64,000 nucleotides of DNA, taken from positions 132,898 through 196,897 of IMG/VR virus record IMGVR_UViG_3300016657_000126; one strand, 5' to 3'. The stretch comes from a virus. Numbering within the stretch: position 1 is the first letter of the stretch; every line of letters starts with the position of its first letter. The position numbers and the translations under genes were made by a program. Under the pieces are notes generated by a model. That model was not told where the DNA came from. It did not search any database and saw nothing but the letters and a program-made list of their open reading frames with translations. Shown piece by piece: positions 15,924-24,952 of this stretch.

Positions 15924-18389
15924 ATGTCGCGCCTTTCAGTAATAACTCAGCACAATCTGTCGCCTGCGGCCATGGTCGGGGCCCTGGGTATGTCATGTCG
16001 CCGGGTCGAAGGGCGCCTGATGACATCGTGCCCGGCTTGCGAATCTCCGATGGAGGTAGGCGCCAGGGGGTTCGTTTGCTCCGGCACCAAGTGCCTGTTC
16101 TGGACCGGTGACAGTCTCGACCTGGCGGCTCACGTTCTCGGTTCTTATGAGCAGGCGTTGGACGTCGCGCGCACGCTGATACCAAATTGGGTCACTGCCC
16201 AGGAACAGGGACGTGCTTGGCAAGACATCCGTCGCGAACAAGCCGAGGATCTGCGGCGCCTGCGCGCGGTGACCGATTTCCTTATCCAGCGCGCGGACCA
16301 GCCGGTGACCATGGCACGCAATCACGCGCGGATGATGTGCCGCAAACACATGATGGATCCTCAGTCGATGCCGCGCGCGATATACGCGCTGACGGCATCC
16401 GAGGCCCGCGAGCTTTACTTGCTGTTCGGAAAAGTGGTTCCCCAACCCGAGGCGCCTGGCGAATACAATTACGCCGCGCTGGTTTTCTTCCGCGACCCGT
16501 ATCGAATCTGTAAGGTGCAACTATTTCCGCTCGTAGGCGGAACACGCCCGATTCGGTTCATCACGTTTTCACTTTTCCCGAGCCGCTTTTCTTTCCTCGG
16601 GCTGCATGATCTGGTGCAGCGCGATCGCGCTATTCTTTACCAGAACTACCTGCTGGCTGTGCGGGAGAATTTCAGCCACGTGCTCGGATGCAAGGGCAAC
16701 CGACTGGGTGTTAGTTTGGACACCACGTGCAGCAACAAGGTCGAGTGGCCTAAGGCGCATGCAATGGTGGTGGATGCCGACTCGGAGCCGCTGATAACCG
16801 CGCTCGGCATAGCGCAGCGCGAATGCGCGATGGGCGTCATTGTCCGGGATGAAGGGACGGAGCTTCCGTTCATGTCCTGGGATCAGTTCATCGTGCGTTG
16901 GCTGCTGGACAAGATCGCGGCGGCTCCAGACCCGGCAGTGTGGATGGGGTGGTTGGACTCAGCATGCCTGACGCCGGACATGCGCGCTAAAGTTCTGCTG
17001 CGCGCTCGGAACGAGCTCAGTCTTTCGCTCTTCCATCGAATCACAGACCTCTTCGGAAACCGCGCTATTCACCAGGAAGACCGCGTGACGCTGATGGAGG
17101 CGAACGACGTCTACTTCGCAAAGCGGCGCGCCGGCGCCACGGAAGACCAGCGGATCGAAGTAGCGAACTTCACGATCACGCTCACGCGCAACATCCACTT
17201 CCGCGACTCCGGCGATACCTACCACGAAGGGGAGATTCGCTGCGCCGGCGAGACCTACTTGGCTCGGATTTCTGCGCAGGCGTCGGACAATCTATCGCAG
17301 CTTGAGTCCGAGATCCGGACCGCTGTGATGCGCGGCGCGTCGCCGCACTCGCAGAAGATCCTGCCCGTCATTCGAGAGAAGAATCTGGCGAAGATGATCC
17401 TCACCGTGCTGAGGAACCAGATGGCCTCTCTTCCGTCGATCGAGGGCATCAGCCGCCTTGGCTGGTCCGTCCGCGTCGGCGACAAGCTGCGCCAGCAATT
17501 CTTCCAGGCCCCCGACTGGGTGGTGACCGCGGACGGCGTGACCGACCACGACGCCATCCTTCACCCGGACACCATTCCAGCCGTTTTCGGTTCTTCGAGT
17601 GTAGAGGACGCAGAAGCACTTCAGGCGGTGCCGAGCGATCTCTGCTCGCTGACCGCGCGCATCGTGGCAACCATCGCCCGCGGCGGCCTGAACGAACCGC
17701 TGCGCCCGCTGCTTTATTCCGACGGTATGACCACGCGCGCGGCCCTGCTCAAGGCCTTCTCGGTCCTCGGGCAGCGCGAGGTGTTCGACCTATCGTTCGG
17801 AGGGCAGGGCGGGCGCCAACTGGAGTTTCTCCGTGCCTTCCCTGTCGTGATCTCCGGGCTGAATGTCAGCCAGGTGTCGCGCGTCACTCAGCCAATTTTC
17901 GTGATCGGTGATGGGCCTGCGATTACGTCCGAAGTGCCCGCTGGCTACGTCGGATTTCTTCGTGAAGCGGTGCGGTCAACGGTGCTCTGGGTGATGTCTG
18001 GCGCCGAGGGTTACCAACGCGCGCCGGCCGTCCTCTACGAGGAGCAACTGGAACGGGAAGGGGAGTTCATCATCCGGAAGGTGATGGGGCGCACCGGTTG
18101 GCCTGGCAGCTCGCGCAGTTTCCAGAACCTCGAGCGCTGGCTGTCCGGCGCAACTGCCGATCAGCTCGAGCAGATCCTCATGCTCGACGCGCAGACACAT
18201 ATGGTCGCGCTACCGCCGGCGGCCTCTACCCCGGAGATCGAGATCGAGTGCCGCGCCCGCGCCAATCACGTCGAACGCCGCGGAGACTCGCTGCACGTCG
18301 ACGCGGCTTCCCTGCAGGGATGGTTGCTGATGTTCTACGGCCGCGACCTGAAAGTCCGCGTGACTAACCTGCCGGTTATTCCGCAGTGA
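15924..18389 (+). CDS. Primase-like protein with N-terminal Zn finger
   Basis: CPAC...FVCSGTKC...GDSLDLAA resembles the DnaG-type Zn-binding domain; catalytic motifs not clearly recognisable. Confidence 0.5.
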   Translation: MSRLSVITQHNLSPAAMVGALGMSCRRVEGRLMTSCPACESPMEVGARGFVCSGTKCLFWTGDSLDLAAHVLGSYEQALDVARTLIPNWVTAQEQGRAWQDIRREQAEDLRRLRAVTDFLIQRADQPVTMARNHARMMCRKHMMDPQSMPRAIYALTASEARELYLLFGKVVPQPEAPGEYNYAALVFFRDPYRICKVQLFPLVGGTRPIRFITFSLFPSRFSFLGLHDLVQRDRAILYQNYLLAVRENFSHVLGCKGNRLGVSLDTTCSNKVEWPKAHAMVVDADSEPLITALGIAQRECAMGVIVRDEGTELPFMSWDQFIVRWLLDKIAAAPDPAVWMGWLDSACLTPDMRAKVLLRARNELSLSLFHRITDLFGNRAIHQEDRVTLMEANDVYFAKRRAGATEDQRIEVANFTITLTRNIHFRDSGDTYHEGEIRCAGETYLARISAQASDNLSQLESEIRTAVMRGASPHSQKILPVIREKNLAKMILTVLRNQMASLPSIEGISRLGWSVRVGDKLRQQFFQAPDWVVTADGVTDHDAILHPDTIPAVFGSSSVEDAEALQAVPSDLCSLTARIVATIARGGLNEPLRPLLYSDGMTTRAALLKAFSVLGQREVFDLSFGGQGGRQLEFLRAFPVVISGLNVSQVSRVTQPIFVIGDGPAITSEVPAGYVGFLREAVRSTVLWVMSGAEGYQRAPAVLYEEQLEREGEFIIRKVMGRTGWPGSSRSFQNLERWLSGATADQLEQILMLDAQTHMVALPPAASTPEIEIECRARANHVERRGDSLHVDAASLQGWLLMFYGRDLKVRVTNLPVIPQ

Positions 18390-18729
18390 CGTCCACCGTC
18401 TGCCGGATGACGCGCTCGAAAACGCGGCGCTCCGGTGTGGTGATTCGAATGCGCATGTCTCCGCGAATCGCCTTCGTGGCGATGACGTCGGCGTAGCCGC
18501 GCACACGGAGCTTATCGCCCGAGCGGTCGAGGAAATTCTCGATGAGCGGAACAACCACGATGAAGTCGACGGAACCCCCGATACCGACGCGCTGCAACGA
18601 CTCAATGCGCGCATCAGGAGCCATATCCAAGTCGAACACCCACGAGCCGTCGCTCTGAGCGAGGATGACCTTGTCAGCGTTCGGTGTGTCGTGGTTTCCG
18701 AATCCGGGAAGAACGAATGGAGTGTTCAC
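18376..18729 (-). CDS. Hypothetical protein, end of tail operon
   Basis: 117 aa, 4-bp overlap with upstream gene. Confidence 0.6.
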   Translation of the reverse strand: MNTPFVLPGFGNHDTPNADKVILAQSDGSWVFDLDMAPDARIESLQRVGIGGSVDFIVVVPLIENFLDRSGDKLRVRGYADVIATKAIRGDMRIRITTPERRVFERVIRQTVDVTAE

Positions 18730-19106
18730 TGAAAAACATGGGAGGTTATGGAACCTCCGGCAGCCAGCTGCGCGCGGGCGTTATCCACCAGGTCCTGCAC
18801 GTCGTCGGCGATCGCCGTCCATACATCCATCGCCTCCTGCTCGCTCCGCAGCAGGAGCGTGACGCTGGGTTGGCGGTAGAACGGGCGCTCGACCTGCGCG
18901 GCGAGCCCCAGCTCGTCGATCTGGCTCAGACTGCACACGGCGCTGAATAGGTCGTTGTGTGATCCGTCGGCGGCCGTCGGACCGGCGTTCGCGTGAAAGA
19001 CGAAAATCGAATTGCTCCACCCGGCGGGCGCGACCGTGCAGTCCAGCTTCAGCTGAACCATGTTCTGCGCCGGTAGGGGAGTGATCTGTTTTGAGACGGT
19101 GATCAT
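18726..19106 (-). CDS. Hypothetical virion protein
   Basis: 126 aa, coupled to baseplate genes. Confidence 0.6.
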   Translation of the reverse strand: MITVSKQITPLPAQNMVQLKLDCTVAPAGWSNSIFVFHANAGPTAADGSHNDLFSAVCSLSQIDELGLAAQVERPFYRQPSVTLLLRSEQEAMDVWTAIADDVQDLVDNARAQLAAGGSITSHVFQ

Positions 19107-20356
19107 CAGACGTCCGTTGAGAAATTAACCGTCATTCCGTGGTGTGAGTGCAACTTTGCCGCGCGCTTAATCTTCTCGCGCCGCTCATCGCCGAGTCCGC
19201 GGTCCACCACCACGCACAGCTTCGATCCGTGCCCGAGGTTGCGCAGCCAGAACTCGAACCCTGGGCGGTAGTAGGTGTTGCCTGCGGTCATCCCAGCCAA
19301 CGTCGACCAGTAACGCCCCGTGCTCACCTGCAGCGCGTCGGCCCAGGACCAGAACGCCTCGGTGGCAGCGCCGAAGTCGGCGCGTAGCTTCGCCGCCGGC
19401 GCCGGCCAGGAAGGGGCCGACGCGGTGAACTTCAGCGTGGCGTGCCCGAACTCTGCGGCTACAGATCGAAGAGGGCGAATGGGGTCCATCATACCCAGTG
19501 GCTGCCACCAAGCGCCGGACGACGGAAACACGACCTCCGCCACACCCTCCACGCACTGTGTGGCTGCGACATCCCCTAGAGTAGGCGTCGTCGCGGGAAT
19601 CACGCGCCCGTCCTCCAGAACGGCCAGCCAGCCTTGGCGCGTCTCGAATTTGTCGACCACGCGCACGGGCCCCGGAGTAAGGCCGGCGGCGACAAGAAGG
19701 GCGCGCGCAAAGTCGCTGCGCTCGCCGGTGTGCTGCCATCGGGCTCCGGCCGCCCCAGCCGGCCCCCACACCTGCGAAAGAAGGTTTGCCGCCTTCCGAC
19801 GAACACGCTCGACGATGATGCAGGAGTTCGGGAATAGGGCGCGCGGCGATTTACGGAACGCCAGCGCCCCGTCGAGAACCCAAAATTCCTGCTGGTTGAC
19901 CAGCGCGCGCGACCCGGAGAACAACACATCGGGAGCCGGCCCTTCCCAAGGAACCATCCAAAAGCCCCCGTGACGCAGACCGTCCGGAAGCGGGTCTCCT
20001 GCCTGTTTGTCGTAGAGGTAGCTACCCACCTGCACACCGGACGCCTGGGGATCCAGCACCGGCCGGGCGCGCACAAGCTGCCCGGGCTCTATGGCGACAT
20101 AGCCCTGCGCGATCGTCTTCGGTCCGACGAAGGCGACGTCGTTCTGGCTGAATCGAACGCGCTCGTGCGCCATCTCGTATTCGTCCTCTCCGACCGAGGC
20201 CATGAGCGCGTTCAGCTGCCCTTCCACGGAGCTCCTCACCACCGCCTGATGCAGCGCCATCAGCGGAGCGCGGTCCGCCGGATTCAGGTTGCGGGTGTAG
20301 AATGTTCCCGCGACGGTCAGCGCGCGGCGATGAACGGCGAGCGAGCTCAGGTTCAT
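19106..20356 (-). CDS. Probable baseplate wedge/tail protein
   Basis: 416 aa directly after the baseplate J-like gene; call from synteny. Confidence 0.5.
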   Translation of the reverse strand: MNLSSLAVHRRALTVAGTFYTRNLNPADRAPLMALHQAVVRSSVEGQLNALMASVGEDEYEMAHERVRFSQNDVAFVGPKTIAQGYVAIEPGQLVRARPVLDPQASGVQVGSYLYDKQAGDPLPDGLRHGGFWMVPWEGPAPDVLFSGSRALVNQQEFWVLDGALAFRKSPRALFPNSCIIVERVRRKAANLLSQVWGPAGAAGARWQHTGERSDFARALLVAAGLTPGPVRVVDKFETRQGWLAVLEDGRVIPATTPTLGDVAATQCVEGVAEVVFPSSGAWWQPLGMMDPIRPLRSVAAEFGHATLKFTASAPSWPAPAAKLRADFGAATEAFWSWADALQVSTGRYWSTLAGMTAGNTYYRPGFEFWLRNLGHGSKLCVVVDRGLGDERREKIKRAAKLHSHHGMTVNFSTDV

Positions 20357-22014
20357 GCGCGGGACTCCTTGAAGACGACGGATGATTGCTCGACGATGAG
20401 ACCGCGATTCTCCGGGCCGATAGCGCAGAACTTCGCGGGATCGGCGAACGTGCCGACGTCTTCATAGCTGTCCTCTCCGACGAGCTCCACCGAGATAGGG
20501 AGGACCGCCGCCGCGGCGACTGCCGTCGGATTCGTCATATCCACGCCCACGGGGACGTGCGCTTTTGCCGCGGAGAAGATGGCCTTCGCCGTGATCCTGA
20601 CTCGAGTCAGCTCGAAGGCGCCGGAGTTGCGCATCAATGCGCTGATCTTCGCCAGGCTAAACCGGCGGTCGCCTCCCAGCGAATTAAGATACTCGGCGAT
20701 GTCTTCCCGCGCCGCCTGCAGCGCGAGCTCGACGCCGGCCTGTCGGATGAACCCAACCTCGACCTCGCTGCAGATAAACGGAATCAGGGGGCGAACGTAG
20801 GTCGGGTTGATCGGGCGGTTCGCGCGACTGGAAAGGAAGCGCCGAACGGTATCGGCCGTGGGGTCGGTCCAGTAGACGACCTCGAAATACCCGATGAGGT
20901 CGCTGCCGACCGGCGTGGGGATGATAACTGCGGCGCCGCCAGAGCGCGGCATGGGCACGCCGATGGAAAATGTCTCTTCGCCCGAGAAGCCAGAAAGGAA
21001 CAGCGGATAGTCCCCGGTCGCCTGCGCGTAGATGTTCACCGCCGCGTCGTCGGCGTCGAACGTGTAGGCGCTGTGGACGAGTTGGCGGATTCGAACCGGC
21101 GCGGCCGCCGGCGACCACACGCCGTAGAAACGGTCGGTGCCCGCGGAATACTTGAGCCCGACGATCTCGCGAACCTCGACATAGGGCTGGCGCCCGCGCA
21201 CGTGAACGCCGACCTGGCCGGGCTCGAGGAGGTAGGTGTCGTCGACAGCGCTGACCACGCCGACCGTGGAGATCTCCGAGAATCGACGCAGGAGCGTGGA
21301 CACGGTGCCGAGACGTGTCTCGAGAGTCTGCGGCGCCAGCGTCTGACGGATCCGAGCAGCTTGCTGGGCGAGCGTGGGCGCGGTATCGCCGGCGAAGAAG
21401 TCGGTGGCGGCTTCCGCGCGGACGAGATTCGCCAGCGTCTCAGAGATGGCGGGCTGCGTTCCGGCCGTCGGCGGATTCGAGCTGGCTGTGCCGACAAGGG
21501 GTAGCAGAACCTCCCACCCCTCGGCGACCGCGCGATACAGGTAGCGGTCGCCGTCGGCGCTGGGAACCTCGGAAAGCGTGATGGTGCGGCGGTCGCTGAA
21601 CATCTGCGGGCTGAACACCTGATCCGCGCCGAAAGAGAACTGGATCGAGCGATCGATCAGCCGCGTGGTGGGAGTGCTGAACACCAGCCGGACGAAACCG
21701 CGAGACGGAAGGAACGTCTGCTGGTCGACTCCGAAGTTGGCCATGAAGGCGCGCGCGATGTCGCAGCTGTAGACCACACCGCGCTCCACGTTGCCCGGAT
21801 TGAGGTCTGAGTTGTAGCGGCGCGCGGCCTCCTCCAGACACGCCAGAAACTCGCCCAGAGGCGTGACCAGATTGTCGCCGGCGACGGAGTTCGGGCGCGT
21901 GTCGATGTTCGGGTGATACGTCGCGAACCAGGCCACGATGCGGTCGCGTGCGTCCACGCGCGTATCGGCGGGAAGCTCGTCCGGCGCGGGGAAGTATTCG
22001 TTGATGAAGTCCAT
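20353..22014 (-). CDS. Baseplate wedge protein (P2 gpJ/T4 gp6-like)
   Basis: N-terminal HPNIDTRPNSVAGDNLVTP, GFVRLVF, C-terminal AREDIAEYLNSL; follows gp25-like gene. Confidence 0.65.
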   Translation of the reverse strand: MDFINEYFPAPDELPADTRVDARDRIVAWFATYHPNIDTRPNSVAGDNLVTPLGEFLACLEEAARRYNSDLNPGNVERGVVYSCDIARAFMANFGVDQQTFLPSRGFVRLVFSTPTTRLIDRSIQFSFGADQVFSPQMFSDRRTITLSEVPSADGDRYLYRAVAEGWEVLLPLVGTASSNPPTAGTQPAISETLANLVRAEAATDFFAGDTAPTLAQQAARIRQTLAPQTLETRLGTVSTLLRRFSEISTVGVVSAVDDTYLLEPGQVGVHVRGRQPYVEVREIVGLKYSAGTDRFYGVWSPAAAPVRIRQLVHSAYTFDADDAAVNIYAQATGDYPLFLSGFSGEETFSIGVPMPRSGGAAVIIPTPVGSDLIGYFEVVYWTDPTADTVRRFLSSRANRPINPTYVRPLIPFICSEVEVGFIRQAGVELALQAAREDIAEYLNSLGGDRRFSLAKISALMRNSGAFELTRVRITAKAIFSAAKAHVPVGVDMTNPTAVAAAAVLPISVELVGEDSYEDVGTFADPAKFCAIGPENRGLIVEQSSVVFKESRA

Positions 22015-22397
22015 TAGAATGTGGTGGTCAGGGCAGTGCCGTTGGCCGCTTCCATCTCCAGCCGGACGCGGAGGCGATTATTTTCGATCGTGGTGGGCTT
22101 GGCCACCAGTTTGCTGATTATCTCGGTGTCAGTTTCGCTCTCGAACCTGGACTGAAAGGCGAAGGCGTCTGAAGCGGCGAAGTTGCAGGCATGCTGGACC
22201 GCCGTGGCATCCACCAGCATTCCGCTGACCGAGTCGGCGAACAGTTCGGTGCCTCGATCAGCGAACAGATCTGACGGATGGCGCTCGGTCACGAATCCGA
22301 CGACCATGTTCTGCGCTGCGGCTGCCACACCCGAAACCGACCGGTCCCACAGGATGCGCGGGCGGTCGCCTGTCATGTCTATGGCGATACCCTTCAC
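22014..22397 (-). CDS. Baseplate/sheath initiator (gp25/gpW-like)
   Basis: 127 aa, VSGVAAAAQ...FVTERHPSDLFADRGTEL pattern; position before wedge gene. Confidence 0.6.
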   Translation of the reverse strand: MKGIAIDMTGDRPRILWDRSVSGVAAAAQNMVVGFVTERHPSDLFADRGTELFADSVSGMLVDATAVQHACNFAASDAFAFQSRFESETDTEIISKLVAKPTTIENNRLRVRLEMEAANGTALTTTF

Positions 22398-22678
22398 GCG
22401 AGCACGCCTCCGGTCTCGAAGTTGGAAGTGACCGCGTTGCGTAGCGCGACGAATTTCGCGCCGAACCGCCCGCGCCGAACCCGGGCATCTCGGAGAGCGG
22501 CGAACGCGACATTGGCGATGGCACGGTTAATCTCTGAGTTGTCGCTCTTGTGGTTGGCGCGGGCGGAGGTGACGGAGGCCTGCAGGCCTGCAATGCCGGA
22601 GCGCGGGACGGCCGCGGACGCTCCGGTGAAGTGAGCCTCAAACTGTCCCTGCCGGGCGATGAAGTCTTCGATTTTCAT
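22394..22678 (-). CDS. Hypothetical protein
   Basis: 94 aa, coupled on both sides. Confidence 0.6.
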   Translation of the reverse strand: MKIEDFIARQGQFEAHFTGASAAVPRSGIAGLQASVTSARANHKSDNSEINRAIANVAFAALRDARVRRGRFGAKFVALRNAVTSNFETGGVLA

Positions 22679-23397
22679 AGGCTCGAGGTTTGCTGAAGCG
22701 CGCGCTCCATGTCCTGCACCAGAAGACCGAGGCGGGCGCGCCGGCGGCTGAGGGTGCTGGGGGTGAGGCCGAGGCGCTCGGCGGTCTGCTTCGGTGTCAG
22801 CGGTTCTTCGCCGCCGTAGCCGGTCATGAACCGGATGATCTGTTTGTCGACGGTGTCGGCTCCGGCGAAGACGTAGTCGAGCGCCTCGGGGCCGTGATCG
22901 ATCTCGGAGGTGCCGCCAACGCCGTCCGGAAGGCCGCCCTCGCCGGGCGTCTTGCGAAACGCCTCGCGCACCTTTCGGATGCGCTTGGGCGGCATGCCGG
23001 TGGCGGAGCCGATTTCGTCCAGCGTCGGCTCCCGTCCGAGCTTGTCCGTTAGCTCACGCTCCGCGGTATCGATCGTGAAGGCGTCGAGCTGCACACGCTC
23101 TGGAAGTTTCATCGGGCTGTTCCGCGCGCGCCGGAACCGCCTAAGCTGCATCAGATTTCGACTGGTCCAGGTGCGGAGATCGGCCCCGGCCTGCGGGTCG
23201 AAATTGCGAACGGCGTCCGCCGCGTAGAGCCGGGCCTGATGGCGAATGATCGGGTCGTCGATTCCGCCTGTGGAGACGACGGCATAGTCGATGGTCGGGC
23301 GCAGCGCGTCTACCACCGCGTTCAACCGATCGGGGGTCGATTTGAGCCGGTATTCCTGGTAGGCCTGATGGACATCATCTTTGGGTTTCGCCGTCAC
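22675..23397 (-). CDS. Phage RNA polymerase sigma factor (sigma70 family, group-3-like)
   Basis: Region 2 AVRNFDPQAGADLRTW, region 3 LTDKLGREPTLDEIG, region 4 HTH LTPKQTAERLGLTPSTLSR. Confidence 0.88.
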   Translation of the reverse strand: MTAKPKDDVHQAYQEYRLKSTPDRLNAVVDALRPTIDYAVVSTGGIDDPIIRHQARLYAADAVRNFDPQAGADLRTWTSRNLMQLRRFRRARNSPMKLPERVQLDAFTIDTAERELTDKLGREPTLDEIGSATGMPPKRIRKVREAFRKTPGEGGLPDGVGGTSEIDHGPEALDYVFAGADTVDKQIIRFMTGYGGEEPLTPKQTAERLGLTPSTLSRRRARLGLLVQDMERALQQTSSL

Positions 23398-23600
23398 GGT
23401 CTTGGTTTACGCGTTTCGGGATGTTGCGGCAACCGTGGCACTGCCGAGGAAGCGGCATCACGCTGCCGCGCAAGGGCCGCGTAGCGCTGAATGATCGCGC
23501 GGTCCCCGCCACAGCACTGCGGCGACCGCGCGATCTCGGCGGCGCACAAACGCTGCAGGTCCGGATAACGGGCCAGAATGCTATCGGACGCCGGCGTCAT
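23394..23600 (-). CDS. Small Cys-containing protein
   Basis: 68 aa with PQCCGGDRAIIQRY; overlaps both neighbours. Confidence 0.5.
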   Translation of the reverse strand: MTPASDSILARYPDLQRLCAAEIARSPQCCGGDRAIIQRYAALARQRDAASSAVPRLPQHPETRKPRP

Positions 23601-24306
23601 ACATGTGGGCCATGAAAAGACGAATCAGGTCTCCACGCTCGCAGTCACGGCACTGAGCGCCTTCCGCGGCAACCGTCGCCATCTTGAACGCAGCGGAGAT
23701 CTCGGCTGTCAGGTCTGATTTCCTGGGCGAGAAGAGCTCTTGCTGGAGCGTCTGAAATAGCGCGGGAATTGTGCCGGACACGCGAGCCTCGTCCACCATC
23801 CGCATGACGACTTTACGCGCTTCCTCGCTCGGCGTCTTCGAGGCCCAACCAATCGACGCGGTGGCCGTGGCAAGCGTCGGGCTGAGCATAGTGTTCTGCG
23901 GCGGGCGCGGGGCGGCGGGCGCGGCAGGCGGATTCAGGTCGCGCGGCGCCGGCCGGCGCGGGACTTCGTGCTGAACCAACAGCCCGGCGCAGCCTGACCA
24001 GCTTAGGACGCCGAGGACAGCGCCCCAGACCGATACCGGCGCGCCGATGATTGAAGCCAGCAGGAGTCCTAGGCCGGCGCCGAAGGCTACGTGCTGACCT
24101 GCGCAGATGTGACATACCCAGAGCTCGCCCCACCGCGGGTAGCGGAGGCTGGCCACGAGCAGCTCGTCTTTCGTGAAGAGGCTGTCGCGGTGCAGGAAGT
24201 TCCAGATGTGCACCGGGAAGCCGGTGCGCGTCCAGACGATCTGAAAGTGAAGCACGATGACGAAGCCGGCGAACCACGTGCTGAGGGCGGAGATTATGGA
24301 GGTCAT
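23581..24306 (-). CDS. Membrane protein with CxxC (DUF1360-like) plus C-terminal CxxC helix
   Basis: Hydrophobic helices, GELWVCHICAGQH, terminal CRDCERGDLI. Confidence 0.65.
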   Translation of the reverse strand: MTSIISALSTWFAGFVIVLHFQIVWTRTGFPVHIWNFLHRDSLFTKDELLVASLRYPRWGELWVCHICAGQHVAFGAGLGLLLASIIGAPVSVWGAVLGVLSWSGCAGLLVQHEVPRRPAPRDLNPPAAPAAPRPPQNTMLSPTLATATASIGWASKTPSEEARKVVMRMVDEARVSGTIPALFQTLQQELFSPRKSDLTAEISAAFKMATVAAEGAQCRDCERGDLIRLFMAHMYDAGVR

Positions 24307-24308
24307 TT

Positions 24309-24911
24309 TCAGCGAATACCGATGTTAAAGAGTCGACCGAGCGTCTCATGCATGAGCTTCGTGCGCTCCTCGCCCGGTGAAGTGTCGGCCACGCGCTTGC
24401 GGTAGTTCTCGACGATCGCTCGAGAGGCCGTGGTGGTCGGACTCTGCAGCTCTCCGTAGAGCTTGGTCCACAGCGCCGGCGGCTCCGCGGTCGGATTCGC
24501 GGCGATCTGGCGCAGCAGCTCGGCCACCTTCGGATGCGTTGAACTTTTCGAAGCGGCCTGCTCCACGCGCACCGGCGCCGTGGGCTTAGCGTAAAGCCAC
24601 GGAAATGCCAACACGAACAACGGCGCGAAAGGCCACCAGGCCAGCCCGCTGATGAGACTGACGAGCGCGGTGGCCAGCAGCGTGAACCACGTGCCTGAGC
24701 AGATCGGGCAAACGAACAGGTCGCCGAACGCTCCGAATTTGGCGAACGCCATCGAAGTCATGTCGGCGCGGGTGAACACGCGATTTCCTCGAAACACCGA
24801 GTTCCAAATGTGAACGGCGACGTTTGTGGTCAGCCAGGCGTTGGTCAGATTTCCGCCGATCAGGAACGCTAGGGTTCCCATGATCAGCACGTCGGTGAGC
24901 GGTTGTTGCAT
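24309..24911 (-). CDS. Paralogous membrane protein with CxxC (DUF1360-like)
   Basis: VHIWN...FT..D and GDLFVCPICSGTWF align with the downstream gene; start taken at MQQPLTD. Confidence 0.65.
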   Translation of the reverse strand: MQQPLTDVLIMGTLAFLIGGNLTNAWLTTNVAVHIWNSVFRGNRVFTRADMTSMAFAKFGAFGDLFVCPICSGTWFTLLATALVSLISGLAWWPFAPLFVLAFPWLYAKPTAPVRVEQAASKSSTHPKVAELLRQIAANPTAEPPALWTKLYGELQSPTTTASRAIVENYRKRVADTSPGEERTKLMHETLGRLFNIGIR

Positions 24912-24952
24912 GGAGTGGATATTGCTGCCAAATTTAATTCCTACCAAACCGA

